From assembly GCA_947501885.1 (NCBI GenBank), contig CANMXN010000003.1, positions 54,946 through 118,945 on the forward strand: a stretch of DNA of 64,000 bases, in the 5' to 3' direction. Source of the DNA: an uncultured Sphingorhabdus sp. GTDB taxonomy: Bacteria > Pseudomonadota > Alphaproteobacteria > Sphingomonadales > Sphingomonadaceae. Position 1 is the first letter of the stretch; every line of letters begins with the position of its first letter. This document shows, piece after piece, positions 30,487 through 41,778 of this stretch. The notes beneath the pieces were generated by a model. It had not been told where the DNA came from and did not search any database. It worked only from the letters and a program-made list of their open reading frames with translations. The position numbers and the translations under genes were made by a program.

Positions 30487-31050
30487 TCAATCTTTTTTGT
30501 TCAATGCGGCTTTATGCAAGCGGCCATTTTCAACATAATGAGCCACGCCCATGCGCATACCCATGATGGCTTCATCGGTAAGATCACGTACATATCGAGC
30601 AGGAGAACCTGCGAACAATTGACGTGTTTCCACTTTCTTTCCTTGGGTTAGCAATGCGCCCGCTGCCAGCATAGAATCGCTCTCCATAATAGCGCCGTTC
30701 ATAATAGTAGCGGATAAACCAACGAAGGCGCGGTCATGTAAAATGCAACCATGCGCCATCACATTATGACCCACCAAAACATCTTCTCCAATGATAGTAG
30801 GAAAACCATTAGGATGAACAGGGTCAGGGCCATCGCAATGGATGACGCTACCATCTTGAATATTGCTGCGTGCTCCAATTTCTACACGATTGACTTCGGC
30901 GCGAATAACACAATTATACCATATGCTAACATCTTCACCGATTGTTACATCACCAATGATCCGACATCCAGGAGCGATAAAAGCGCTATCGTGAATCTTC
31001 GGGGTCATACCATTTATTGATAAAATCGTTATATCAGCTCTATTGGTCAT
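30487..31050 (-). CDS. Gamma carbonic anhydrase family protein
   Basis: Hexapeptide repeats, NIQDGSVIH, VGHNVMAHGC. Confidence 0.9.
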   Translation of the reverse strand: MTNRADITILSINGMTPKIHDSAFIAPGCRIIGDVTIGEDVSIWYNCVIRAEVNRVEIGARSNIQDGSVIHCDGPDPVHPNGFPTIIGEDVLVGHNVMAHGCILHDRAFVGLSATIMNGAIMESDSMLAAGALLTQGKKVETRQLFAGSPARYVRDLTDEAIMGMRMGVAHYVENGRLHKAALNKKD

Positions 31051-31134
31051 AAATTCTCACATTGTACCAGCCAATAGTGGCTGCGATCTCTAGCTATTAA
31101 TTATGCATTTAAAAAAATGCAAAATAATATGACA

Positions 31135-32148
31135 TTAGTGCTGTAATAATTTTGCAGCATATTGTGCGTGATAGGTCAAAATTGCGCTTGCGCCAGCACG
31201 CTTAAAGGCGAGTAAACTCTCCATGACTATAGCTTCGCGATCCGCAGCTCCGGTTGCAACAGCTGCCTCAATCATGGCATATTCGCCAGATACTTGATAA
31301 GCATAAACAGGGATATTTAATTCATTATGGACGCGCTTTACTATGTCTAAATAGGGCATGCCTGGTTTTACCATAACACTATCAGCGCCTTCCGAAATAT
31401 CCATAGCAACCTCTCTTATGGCTTCATCGCTATTGGCTGGGTCCATCTGATAGGTTTTTTTATCACCTTTTAATAACCCATTGGAACCGACTGCATCACG
31501 AAAAGGACCATAGAAAGCACTCGCATATTTGGCAGCATAAGACATAATTTGAACATTGTGGAACTCGTGCATTTCTAATGCTTTGCGGATTGTACCAATG
31601 CGGCCATCCATCATATCACTAGGGGCTATAATATCTGCGCCTGCTTGTGCTTGGTTTATCGCTTGATCAACCAATGCACTGACAGTTTCATCGTTGAGAA
31701 CATAGCCATTATCATCAATAATACCATCTTGTCCGTGGCTTGTGTAAGGATCAAGCGCTACATCGGTTAAAATACCTATATCATCACCACAGGCGTCTCT
31801 AATAGCACGGATAGCTTGACACATGAGATTATCAGCATTGCTAGATTCTTCACCATTGACGGTTCTTTTGTCGCTGGGTGTATTGGGGAATAGCGCAATG
31901 CAAGGGATGTTCAAATCAATAGCTTCCTTGACGCGTTCAACAATTAAATCAACGGACCAGCGCGATACATGGGGCAGGCTGGAAATTGCTTCTTCAACAT
32001 TATTGCCAGATGTAATAAATAATGGCCAGATGAGATCATGGGGTGTGAGTTTATTCTCTTGGACCATGTTGCGGCTCCACTGAGTGGCTCGTGTCCGGCG
32101 CAACCTTGTGTTTGGAAAAGATGATATATGTGATATTTGTGAGGTCAT
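31135..32148 (-). CDS. hemB: Porphobilinogen synthase
   Basis: DVALDPYTSHGQDG, APSDMMDGR, AKYASAFYGPFRDA, MVKPG. Confidence 0.97.
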   Translation of the reverse strand: MTSQISHISSFPNTRLRRTRATQWSRNMVQENKLTPHDLIWPLFITSGNNVEEAISSLPHVSRWSVDLIVERVKEAIDLNIPCIALFPNTPSDKRTVNGEESSNADNLMCQAIRAIRDACGDDIGILTDVALDPYTSHGQDGIIDDNGYVLNDETVSALVDQAINQAQAGADIIAPSDMMDGRIGTIRKALEMHEFHNVQIMSYAAKYASAFYGPFRDAVGSNGLLKGDKKTYQMDPANSDEAIREVAMDISEGADSVMVKPGMPYLDIVKRVHNELNIPVYAYQVSGEYAMIEAAVATGAADREAIVMESLLAFKRAGASAILTYHAQYAAKLLQH

Positions 32149-32219
32149 ATACGCTCAATAGCGAAGAGTGGCCCATAGCTCAATAAAACAAATGATATGC
32201 TAAAATAACTGCTCAGAGT

Positions 32220-33857
32220 TTAAGAAGTTTTGCGGCGTTTTGCTAATTTGCTTGTTAACGGGAAAGTAGCGCTAGTTTTTACATTAACCTTGGCTTTATT
32301 GCTTAATTTTTCAATCTCTCTTGTTGGAGCAGTTTCTAAATTTTTGCTAGGTAGCGGTGCTAATGCTGCTCCTGGTTCCACAGATTTTAGCTCAGATAGT
32401 TTTGTTCTAAATTTTTTTAGTTCATTGCCTGATAATTGCGCTGTTTCGGTGAATTTAACAGAGTTTGGATTGATAGGGCGGCCATTGCGATATAAAATAT
32501 AGTGAAGATGAGGTCCCGTTGATAACCCTGTTGAACCAACATAACCAATGATTTGACCGCGCCGTACATATTTACCGCGACTAACGGCGATACGGCTCAT
32601 ATGCGCATATCCAGTAGATAAGCTCTTGTTATGTTTAATCTTAACAAATTTACCAGCGCCACCATTACGCCCAGAATATGTTACTCTTCCATCACTGGCT
32701 GCACGAATAGGGGTGCCATAACTTGCTTTGAAATCTAATCCGTTGTGCATGCGCACATAGCCCAAAACAGGGTGACGTCGGCGTCCAAAACCTGATGTTA
32801 CACGCCCTGGCACAGGACGCGATAATACACCTTTTGTTTCGCCAACGCCTGATGCCTCGAACCATTGTTCTGTGCGGCCTTGCGTCCATTTAAGCATTTG
32901 TACGCGTGACTTTCCACCGCGATCGATTCCAGCATATAATAAGTCGCCTGTTTGTACTTCACCTGTTTCCGCGCGCTTATGTTCGATAATGATATCAAAT
33001 TCATCGCTGCTGCGGATTTTTGCAACCGCCATTTTCTGAGAAATAATTTTTAGGAATTGTTGGGCTTTTTTTGCATCAATCCCAGCACTCCTTGCACTTC
33101 GGTAGAGGCTGTTTCCGACCTTGCCTCTAATACGTAGCGGTGTATCATCTACTGCTATATTTTCGCGTTTAAGCGCAAGGCTATCGCCGATGCGCTCTAC
33201 TGTTAAACCTAAATCAAACCTTGCTCGAAATGAGAGATTTTCAAGTGGCCGTGTGGAATTTCGTTTATTGCGCCGCCCGAGTGTAATTTCAATTGGTGTA
33301 CCCGCTTCTATTTTACTGATAGGCGTAGCATTTGCTACGAGTTGCCTAATATTGGATGCTTCACGAGACCCAATACCAGCGCGTCTTAATACGCGGGTAA
33401 AACTATCACCTCTGCCTATCGTTGCCGTAACTTCTATACTAGGTCTTTCTGGGCTGTCTTTTAATCGTAAAACACTTCCTGTTGCGGCCGTGCGAACACC
33501 ATTATCTGCACCATAAGCAAGCGGTGTTATCATTTGTGCTCGTGCATGTTCAAATTCATTCTTTTGTGGCAGTGGGGATTGCGCCCCATAAAGTGGCCCG
33601 AAATTGGGTAAGAAAAATAATGTTGATATTAATAATAATATAAAGAGGAATAATGCGCGAAACCACTGAATAGAGCCAATGTCTTGGCTGAGGTCTGATA
33701 TCCAATTAAGCTGCGATACTGTATTGAACCACTGCTGGTCCTGCTTATTATTATTTTGATTGCGTATAGGTTTGGCAGGGGTAGGGATCGTTGAATGATC
33801 TTCCTCATCCCAATTGTGAATATCATCACTTTCATTATGTGATAGATGATCATGCAT
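32220..33857 (-). CDS. M23-family peptidase (cell-wall hydrolase or activator)
   Basis: TM anchor, HNGLD (HxxxD), STGPHLH (HxH). Confidence 0.9.
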   Translation of the reverse strand: MHDHLSHNESDDIHNWDEEDHSTIPTPAKPIRNQNNNKQDQQWFNTVSQLNWISDLSQDIGSIQWFRALFLFILLLISTLFFLPNFGPLYGAQSPLPQKNEFEHARAQMITPLAYGADNGVRTAATGSVLRLKDSPERPSIEVTATIGRGDSFTRVLRRAGIGSREASNIRQLVANATPISKIEAGTPIEITLGRRNKRNSTRPLENLSFRARFDLGLTVERIGDSLALKRENIAVDDTPLRIRGKVGNSLYRSARSAGIDAKKAQQFLKIISQKMAVAKIRSSDEFDIIIEHKRAETGEVQTGDLLYAGIDRGGKSRVQMLKWTQGRTEQWFEASGVGETKGVLSRPVPGRVTSGFGRRRHPVLGYVRMHNGLDFKASYGTPIRAASDGRVTYSGRNGGAGKFVKIKHNKSLSTGYAHMSRIAVSRGKYVRRGQIIGYVGSTGLSTGPHLHYILYRNGRPINPNSVKFTETAQLSGNELKKFRTKLSELKSVEPGAALAPLPSKNLETAPTREIEKLSNKAKVNVKTSATFPLTSKLAKRRKTS

Positions 33858-33908
33858 TATTTACACAAATGAACCTTTGATATTATTAAAACGTAATAAT
33901 GGGTTATC

Positions 33909-33927
33909 ATGGTTAATAGTAACTTAA
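33909..33927 (-). promoter_or_regulatory. CtrA-binding site upstream of the M23 peptidase
   Basis: Minus strand TTAA-GTTACTA-TTAACCAT matches TTAA-N7-TTAAC, about 50 nt before the start codon. Confidence 0.7.
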
Positions 33928-34032
33928 TATTTTACAATATTTTAGAGTTCTAAGATAGAAGGTGTATTATGATCGATCAATAGAAATAATTATATTTTAT
34001 TGGTTTCTGGTGGTTGTTAATATCTTTGTTGT

Positions 34033-35151
34033 TTAGGCGAATTTACCATTGGAAGATTTGGGTTGCCGTTCAATTGCCATAATGATGCCGACACATATCA
34101 TAATCGTCATCATGGATGATCCGCCATGGCTTAGAAAGGGTAGGGGGATGCCGACTACGGGAGCCAAACCCATGACCATCATGAGGTTGACAGCAATATA
34201 GAAAAATATTGTACAGGTGAGTCCAGCAGCTACCAATTTGCCAAAACGTGATGCGCTGTTCGTAGATACTTTTAGACCCCAACGTAAAAGCAAATAAAAG
34301 CCGAATATAGTCGCTAAACCACCTATCATACCCCATTCTTCAGCCATGGTGGCGAATACAAAATCAGTATGTCCTTCGGGTAAATAATCCAAATGGCTTT
34401 GTGTCCCATTAAGAAAGCCTTTGCCGCTAAAACCGCCAGAACCAATGGCAATAGCCGATTGATTGACGTGATAGCCAGCACCAAGTGGATCATCTTCTGG
34501 TGATAGGAATGTAGTAACGCGGCGCTGTTGATAAGGCTCTAGTGCAAAAAAATAAGCAACTGGAATGAGTGCTGCTAATATCGCACCTGAGATTGTGAAC
34601 CATTTTAATGGTAGGCCCGCTAGAAACATCACGACAATACCTCCAAAGATGATTGCTAAGGTCGTGCCCAGATCAGGTTGTAAAAGCACCAAAATTGCTG
34701 GCAATGCCATTAGAACTAAGGGGGGGATCAGTGATACCAAATCAGCCGAGCGTGATGGCGGTAAACGATCATAAAACCATGCAACGGCAATGACGACTGC
34801 AGGTTTCATTAATTCAGACGGCTGTAAACGCATAAAGCCCAAATTGAGCCAACGCTGGCTACCGCCGCCTAATGAACCAACAACTTCAACGCCCACGAGC
34901 ATCAGCAAAACGCTTAAATAGACTGGGAATGTAATGGCTTTCCAAAAATCAAGCGAAAAGCGTGACATGATGATTGCCCCTGCCAACATGATTAGAAATC
35001 TAACCATATGCGGGCCTGCCCATGGTTGTAAGTTACCATCAGCGGCTGAATATAAGATTGTTGTTCCGAAGCTTGCGAGGGCAATAAGTAAGAAAATTAT
35101 CTTCCAAGGCAAGCTGGATATTTGTGATGGGATGATTGTATAACCACTCAT
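34033..35151 (-). CDS. rodA: Rod-shape-determining SEDS protein RodA
   Basis: GSQRWL, LQPSELMK, LQPDLGT, DPLGAGYH, LPEGHTDF, PFLSHGGSS. Confidence 0.96.
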   Translation of the reverse strand: MSGYTIIPSQISSLPWKIIFLLIALASFGTTILYSAADGNLQPWAGPHMVRFLIMLAGAIIMSRFSLDFWKAITFPVYLSVLLMLVGVEVVGSLGGGSQRWLNLGFMRLQPSELMKPAVVIAVAWFYDRLPPSRSADLVSLIPPLVLMALPAILVLLQPDLGTTLAIIFGGIVVMFLAGLPLKWFTISGAILAALIPVAYFFALEPYQQRRVTTFLSPEDDPLGAGYHVNQSAIAIGSGGFSGKGFLNGTQSHLDYLPEGHTDFVFATMAEEWGMIGGLATIFGFYLLLRWGLKVSTNSASRFGKLVAAGLTCTIFFYIAVNLMMVMGLAPVVGIPLPFLSHGGSSMMTIMICVGIIMAIERQPKSSNGKFA

Positions 35152-35164
35152 ATGCCAATCTCAA

Positions 35165-37162
35165 TCATGTTTCATTCTCATTGGCCGTTGAATTTGTTTC
35201 TTCATTATCTTCGCCATTAGAATTACTTGCATCATCGATGCTAGAGCTAGCCTCATTCTCACGATTGCGATAACGTTCTAAATCCCTTGTCATGCGCTGC
35301 TCAATCGTACCGCCCCAACTTGTCTCTAGTGCATTCAGCGATTCCAAGGCTTTTTCTTGGTCATAAATATAGGTTAAGATATCACGTGCAATTGGATAGG
35401 CTGCGCCAGAACCACCGCCATGTTCGATAACAACTGACGCGGCATAGCGCGGATTATCATAAGGCGCAAAGCAGACAAATAGACCATGATCACGATATTT
35501 CCATTCGGTGGATTGGCGCTCGCCTCGCTTAATGGCTCGCACTTGAGCGGTTCCCGTTTTTCCTGCCATTTGAATATCATCGAGGGGGAGTCTTCCCCTA
35601 CCAGCCGTTCCACCTGGCGCATTAACCACGCGAAACATGCCATCTCTTGCAATAGCAAAATGTTCATCCGAATAAGGTAATTTGGGCGCTGCTTTTGTTT
35701 TCCCAGCTAGAATATTAGGATATAATTTTCTTCCCGATGCGATACGGGCGCTCATCACAGCTAGTTGAAATGGACTTGTCAGTACATAGCCTTGGCCAAT
35801 TACTGCATTTAAGGAATCTGCTGCGCTCCATCTGCGGTTGTGTTTTTTACGCAGCCATTCACTATCGGGTACTGTGCCATAATATTGCGATGTAAAGGGT
35901 AAATCAAATTCTTGGCCAAGGCCTAATTCGCGCGCAATAGGTGCAATTTTATCATAGCCAATGCGGCGGCCCATCGCATAAAAATATGTGTTGCAGCTGC
36001 GTTTTATGGCATCAGCCATGCTGATTGATCCATGATGTCCTAAACAATTAAACCGTCTGTTTCCTAACGTATAACCGCCGCTACAATAGACGGTCTCTTC
36101 GGCACTTACACCAGCTTCTAATAAAGCCAATGCAGCCAATGGTTTGAGCGTGGAACCTGGCGGATATAGTCCTTGTAGTGTCTTGTTTAAAAGGGGTATT
36201 TTTTCGCTTTCTCGTAGCCAAGCATATTCTGAAACCCCAATACCATCGGAAAAACTATTCGGATCAAAAGATGGCATAGAAGCCATGGTCAATATGTCAC
36301 CAGTGATACAATCGATAACAACTACACTGCCCGATTGCAGGCCTAATCTGCGTGCTGAATAATTTTGTAGATCAATATCAATTGTTAACTGCACAGGCTT
36401 GCCAGGCGTGTCTTCACGGCTTGACAATTCTCTTACGATTTTTCCGCGTGCGGTTACCTCAACACGTTTAGCACCAGGTTCTCCGCGTAATTCTTCTTCA
36501 AATTGCTTCTCTAAATTATCTTTGCCGATTTTAAAGCCAGGTGTAATGAGCAGGGGATTGCGCTCTTGTGCATATTCTTCTGCGGATACTGCGCCAACAT
36601 AGCCTAGCAAATGCCCAACAGCAGCACCACTTGGATAATATCGTGAAAACCCTTGCCTAGGTGATACACCTGGTAAATCGGGCAGCCTTACACTGATAAG
36701 CGCGAAATCCTCATAGTCTAATCCAGATGCGACTTGGACAGGTTGAAATCCATTAGATTGTTCTAATTCTTTATTTATCCGTGTTACTTCATCATCATCT
36801 AATGATAATAATTGAGCAAGCGTTGCTACGGTCTTGTCTTTATTGACCAATCGATCAGGAATAATATCAACGCGAAAGTCGGTGCGGTTGGTAGCAATGG
36901 GCTTGCCAGCTTTATCTATAAACCAACCTCGCCGTGGAGGAACCAGCGTTAAATTCACACGATTGCTCTCGGACAATAAGGTATATTTTTCTTTTTCAGC
37001 TACTGCAATATAAGTCATACGAGCGCCTATTGCTAAGCCAAAAACGGCTTGTACACCGCCGATGAACATAGCACGGCGAGTAAAGGAAAACTCTTGTTTT
37101 GCCGCGGATAGACCCGTTCCGCCTCCTTTGTTCTTTTTACCAATCACTGTCTTAATCGCCAT
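35165..37162 (-). CDS. mrdA: Penicillin-binding protein 2
   Basis: PRRG, YPPGSTLK (SxxK), SCN (SxN), KTGTAQ. Confidence 0.96.
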   Translation of the reverse strand: MAIKTVIGKKNKGGGTGLSAAKQEFSFTRRAMFIGGVQAVFGLAIGARMTYIAVAEKEKYTLLSESNRVNLTLVPPRRGWFIDKAGKPIATNRTDFRVDIIPDRLVNKDKTVATLAQLLSLDDDEVTRINKELEQSNGFQPVQVASGLDYEDFALISVRLPDLPGVSPRQGFSRYYPSGAAVGHLLGYVGAVSAEEYAQERNPLLITPGFKIGKDNLEKQFEEELRGEPGAKRVEVTARGKIVRELSSREDTPGKPVQLTIDIDLQNYSARRLGLQSGSVVVIDCITGDILTMASMPSFDPNSFSDGIGVSEYAWLRESEKIPLLNKTLQGLYPPGSTLKPLAALALLEAGVSAEETVYCSGGYTLGNRRFNCLGHHGSISMADAIKRSCNTYFYAMGRRIGYDKIAPIARELGLGQEFDLPFTSQYYGTVPDSEWLRKKHNRRWSAADSLNAVIGQGYVLTSPFQLAVMSARIASGRKLYPNILAGKTKAAPKLPYSDEHFAIARDGMFRVVNAPGGTAGRGRLPLDDIQMAGKTGTAQVRAIKRGERQSTEWKYRDHGLFVCFAPYDNPRYAASVVIEHGGGSGAAYPIARDILTYIYDQEKALESLNALETSWGGTIEQRMTRDLERYRNRENEASSSIDDASNSNGEDNEETNSTANENET

Positions 37163-37713
37163 GCATCAACATGCGCACAAAAACGTACGACTAGAGGATA
37201 TAATAATATGGAAAACAAAATTTGCGGTAATATTATCAGCGGGTTTGGTAAGGGCTGTATTAGGCCAATGAAGAGTAAGTTAAGAGTTAAATATATAGCT
37301 ATGAAAAGTGAAGCGATGATCCAATCGAGCAAATAATCACGCCAAATTATGCGGCTATCAATATATTCGGCGACTAACATTGCGATTGACCATATTAATA
37401 CCGCGCTACCAAATGGCGCGCCGCTAAAAATATCGTCAAATATACCGAATGGCAAACCAACCCACATTGGCCAAATGCCGGGCCGCATAAAGCGCCATGC
37501 GATGAAGATCATAAAACCAAAGGGAGGTAATAGCGGTAGATTGGTGAAAAAGGGTAATGTGGTTATTATAGAGCCTAATAATACCGTAATGATAGGACCT
37601 GCCCGCATTTTAAAAAGGGAATGTTTGCGGTTTAGCCTACTCTCATAAGTGCGTGATTTTTTTGTAAAGAGGTTGAATTTTTTTTTCCGCAAATTTTTAT
37701 GAAGGTTAGTCAT
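37144..37713 (-). CDS. mreD: Rod-shape-determining protein MreD
   Basis: Hydrophobic, G.FDD.FSG.P.GS motif, between mreC and mrdA. Confidence 0.85.
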   Translation of the reverse strand: MTNLHKNLRKKKFNLFTKKSRTYESRLNRKHSLFKMRAGPIITVLLGSIITTLPFFTNLPLLPPFGFMIFIAWRFMRPGIWPMWVGLPFGIFDDIFSGAPFGSAVLIWSIAMLVAEYIDSRIIWRDYLLDWIIASLFIAIYLTLNLLFIGLIQPLPNPLIILPQILFSILLYPLVVRFCAHVDAWRLRQ

Positions 37714-37715
37714 AA

Positions 37716-38624
37716 TTATAATGCACCTTCTTCCTCGGTATCGGCCTCTTCAACGATTTCCTGAAGTAATTCACGTGCTTCGGGCTCGTAAATTTCTAAA
37801 ACCATGGAATAATCGGTAGTAGCAGGATCAGCGATTGGCATCGCTTTTCCGCTATCATTTATTTTGTCTACTATAGTCGCAACGGGAATATTGGGAGGAT
37901 ATAAACCACCATTACCAGATGTGATCAAGATATCGCCATTTGAAAAAGGATTCTCACCCAAATTAAGAGGGCGAATGGTTAAACTACCATCAGCTTGTCC
38001 AGTAGCAAAGGCAGGTAATCCATCGGAAAGTCTGGTGACAGGAACTACATTACCAGTATCTGTGAGTAATAAGACACGGGCAGTCGTTAGACCTGTCTCT
38101 GTGATACGTCCAATTAATCCATCTTTCGAACGGACAGGTTGACCAGCTTTTAGGTTATTAGTGCTATCAACCGATAAAACAGCTATTTTGCGGCCACTGC
38201 TTGCACTAGTGCTTAAAAACCTACCAACAGTAACAATCTTAATATCATTTTCTGTGCTAATTTTCATTAATGATTTAAGACGTTCATTCTCTAATTTTGA
38301 TGCCTTAAGCGCAATAACCTCTCTTTCGAGCTGATTAACCTTAGAGTCTAAGGCTTTATTCTTAGAAGCTGCATCCCAATAATGTGACATATTTTCACTG
38401 CTATTTACTGCGGTTCTTCTGACACTGTTAAAAAAGCGACCAATTGGGGCGGTTGCCTCAGCACCGGCCATACGCAAGGCTGAAAAGCCCTTCGGATCGA
38501 GAATGGAGATAAGAAGTAATAGAGCGCCAATAATCGCCCCCGCAATTGCGAGCACATAAGTAGCGAAAATACTGTATTGCGCCTTTCTGGAAAATCCAGG
38601 GCGCCGATTTTTTGGCGGCGCCAT
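37716..38624 (-). CDS. mreC: Rod-shape-determining protein MreC
   Basis: TM, coiled coil ENERLK.L, GLIGRI, ARVLLLTD, TSGNGG.YP. Confidence 0.93.
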   Translation of the reverse strand: MAPPKNRRPGFSRKAQYSIFATYVLAIAGAIIGALLLLISILDPKGFSALRMAGAEATAPIGRFFNSVRRTAVNSSENMSHYWDAASKNKALDSKVNQLEREVIALKASKLENERLKSLMKISTENDIKIVTVGRFLSTSASSGRKIAVLSVDSTNNLKAGQPVRSKDGLIGRITETGLTTARVLLLTDTGNVVPVTRLSDGLPAFATGQADGSLTIRPLNLGENPFSNGDILITSGNGGLYPPNIPVATIVDKINDSGKAMPIADPATTDYSMVLEIYEPEARELLQEIVEEADTEEEGAL

Positions 38625-38640
38625 GCCCCATTCTCCTTTC

Positions 38641-39708
<1,068 letters not shown>

Positions 39709-39849
39709 TTAGTCTAATTGGGATGTTTATTTATTTTGCAAATCTTTATAGTCAACAGATGATGTTAAAACCAGTGATATTGAAAAAAAATCGTAAAATT
39801 TTACTATAAAGAGTCGCCTATTTTTATCGATTGGTCTAATGTTGTTAGC

Positions 39850-41751
39850 ATGTCAATAAGAAGACTACCAGATGAACTTATCAACAGGATAGCTGCCGGC
39901 GAGGTTGTGGAAAAACCAGCAAGCGCTCTTAAGGAGCTTGTGGAAAACTCTGTTGATGCAGGATCAACCCAAATTGATATAAAATTGTCCAATGGCGGAC
40001 TTGATTTGATCATTGTTGCGGACAATGGTTGCGGCATGTCTGCGCGTGAAATACCCATTGCGTTGGAACGTCATGCCACGTCTAAACTGTCTGATGATGC
40101 TATAGAGATGGTGGCTACTTTGGGCTTTCGCGGAGAGGCATTACCATCGATAGCCAGTGTTTCCAAATTCACTATAGAAAGCCGTACGCTGGAAAGTGAT
40201 GGCTATCGCATCACTACTGATCATGGCGTAAAAACCTATGAAGGACCAGCCGCTGTGCCGCCTGGTACACGGGTTAGCGTTGAAAATCTATTTGCTAAAG
40301 TTCCCGCCCGGCGTAAATTTTTGCGTAGCAAGCGATCTGAATATGCAGCTTCATTAGATGTTGTTCGCCGCCTTGCGATGGCGCGGCCCGATATTGGCTT
40401 TTCATTGGAACATGATGGACGGCGCACTCTGTCTGTGCAAGCAGGCATGAGCGCCCCTGAACGTGTATCTGCTCTCACTAGTGATGCATTGGCGCAAAAT
40501 AGCGTGGCCGTGGATTTGCAGCGCGGTAATGTAAAACTTGGCGGCATCGCAAGTCTGCCTACGTTCAATCGCGGCGTGGCCGATCATCAATTTTTGTTTG
40601 TGAATGGCCGTCCTGTGAAGGATCGTTTGCTCATTGGCGCTATTCGCGGAGCTTATGCGGAAATGCTGGCGCGAGACCGCCATGCTGTGGTCGCCCTTTT
40701 TATCGATATGCCCGCGGATGAGGTGGATGTGAATGTTCATCCAGCTAAAACAGAAGTGCGATTTAGGGATCCTACGCAAGTGCGCGGATTAATTGTATCG
40801 GGCCTGCGTCATGCGCTGGACCAAGGCGGCTTTCGTGCGGTGCAGCGCCCTGCCGAAAATGCAGCATCCAATTGGCAAGTCGAACCCATTAACAATCAAC
40901 ATAATATCTTTGATCAATCAGAGCATCATACTTCGAATAGTCCTTCTGGTCAAAATGCATTGCCAATCGATCAGCGGCAATATGGCAATAGCGGTGAGGG
41001 TGGTTTGCGTGGTGATTATGCGCCATCATCTCTAGCTGAGCGATCATCTGATTATAAACCGCAATATGACCCACTAACGGGTGAAATAACGGCTGGAGCT
41101 GGTGATATTGCACCGCTCATGGGCCGCGCCGAGGAAGCGAATGAAGCTGTACCAGAAGGTATGAAACATCCACTTGGTGTGGCGCGGGGGCAAGTCGCTA
41201 AAACCTATATCATTGCCGAAGCTGAGGATGGCCTTGTAATTGTCGATCAACATGCGGCGCATGAACGATTGGTATTGGAACGTATGCGCGCTGCGATTGA
41301 AGGGGTTGATAGTAAGGTGGCATCGCAAGCATTATTGCTGCCCGAAGTGGTAGAACTTGATGAAGTGGCTTGCGATCGTCTGGAAAGTCGTTTTGAAGAA
41401 CTTGCGCAATTTGGCATGGAGCTAGAGCGTTTTGGCCCTGCGGCTATTTTGGTGCGCAGTGTGCCTGCGGTGCTGGGCGGCGGTGCGGTGCAGGACCTCA
41501 TCACCGATTTGGCCGATGAAATTGGTGCCTATGACGAGGCGCTGTCTCTAAAAGAACGTATTGATTTGGTCGCATCAACTATGGCCTGTCATGGCAGCGT
41601 GCGCGCAGGGCGCGTGCTTAATGTGGCGGAGATGAATGCGCTGCTGCGCGAGATGGAAGTGACGCCGCATAGTGGGCAGTGCAATCATGGTCGTCCCACA
41701 TGGGTGAAGCTCGCGCTGGATGATGTCGAGAAATTATTCGGCCGCAAATAA
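39850..41751 (+). CDS. mutL: DNA mismatch repair protein MutL
   Basis: IAAGEVVE, TLGFRGEAL, VDVNVHPAK, DQHAAHER, ACH, CNHGRP. Confidence 0.97.
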   Translation: MSIRRLPDELINRIAAGEVVEKPASALKELVENSVDAGSTQIDIKLSNGGLDLIIVADNGCGMSAREIPIALERHATSKLSDDAIEMVATLGFRGEALPSIASVSKFTIESRTLESDGYRITTDHGVKTYEGPAAVPPGTRVSVENLFAKVPARRKFLRSKRSEYAASLDVVRRLAMARPDIGFSLEHDGRRTLSVQAGMSAPERVSALTSDALAQNSVAVDLQRGNVKLGGIASLPTFNRGVADHQFLFVNGRPVKDRLLIGAIRGAYAEMLARDRHAVVALFIDMPADEVDVNVHPAKTEVRFRDPTQVRGLIVSGLRHALDQGGFRAVQRPAENAASNWQVEPINNQHNIFDQSEHHTSNSPSGQNALPIDQRQYGNSGEGGLRGDYAPSSLAERSSDYKPQYDPLTGEITAGAGDIAPLMGRAEEANEAVPEGMKHPLGVARGQVAKTYIIAEAEDGLVIVDQHAAHERLVLERMRAAIEGVDSKVASQALLLPEVVELDEVACDRLESRFEELAQFGMELERFGPAAILVRSVPAVLGGGAVQDLITDLADEIGAYDEALSLKERIDLVASTMACHGSVRAGRVLNVAEMNALLREMEVTPHSGQCNHGRPTWVKLALDDVEKLFGRK

Positions 41752-41778
41752 GGTTTTCATAATCTTATAAGCTATATG

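Noticed and set aside
31135-32148. HemB lacks the catalytic-zinc cysteines
   Set aside because: The Asp-rich, zinc-independent form is established for alphaproteobacteria
40860-41160. Low-complexity stretch in MutL
   Set aside because: Matches the normal variable linker between ATPase and dimerisation domains; no palindromic element visible
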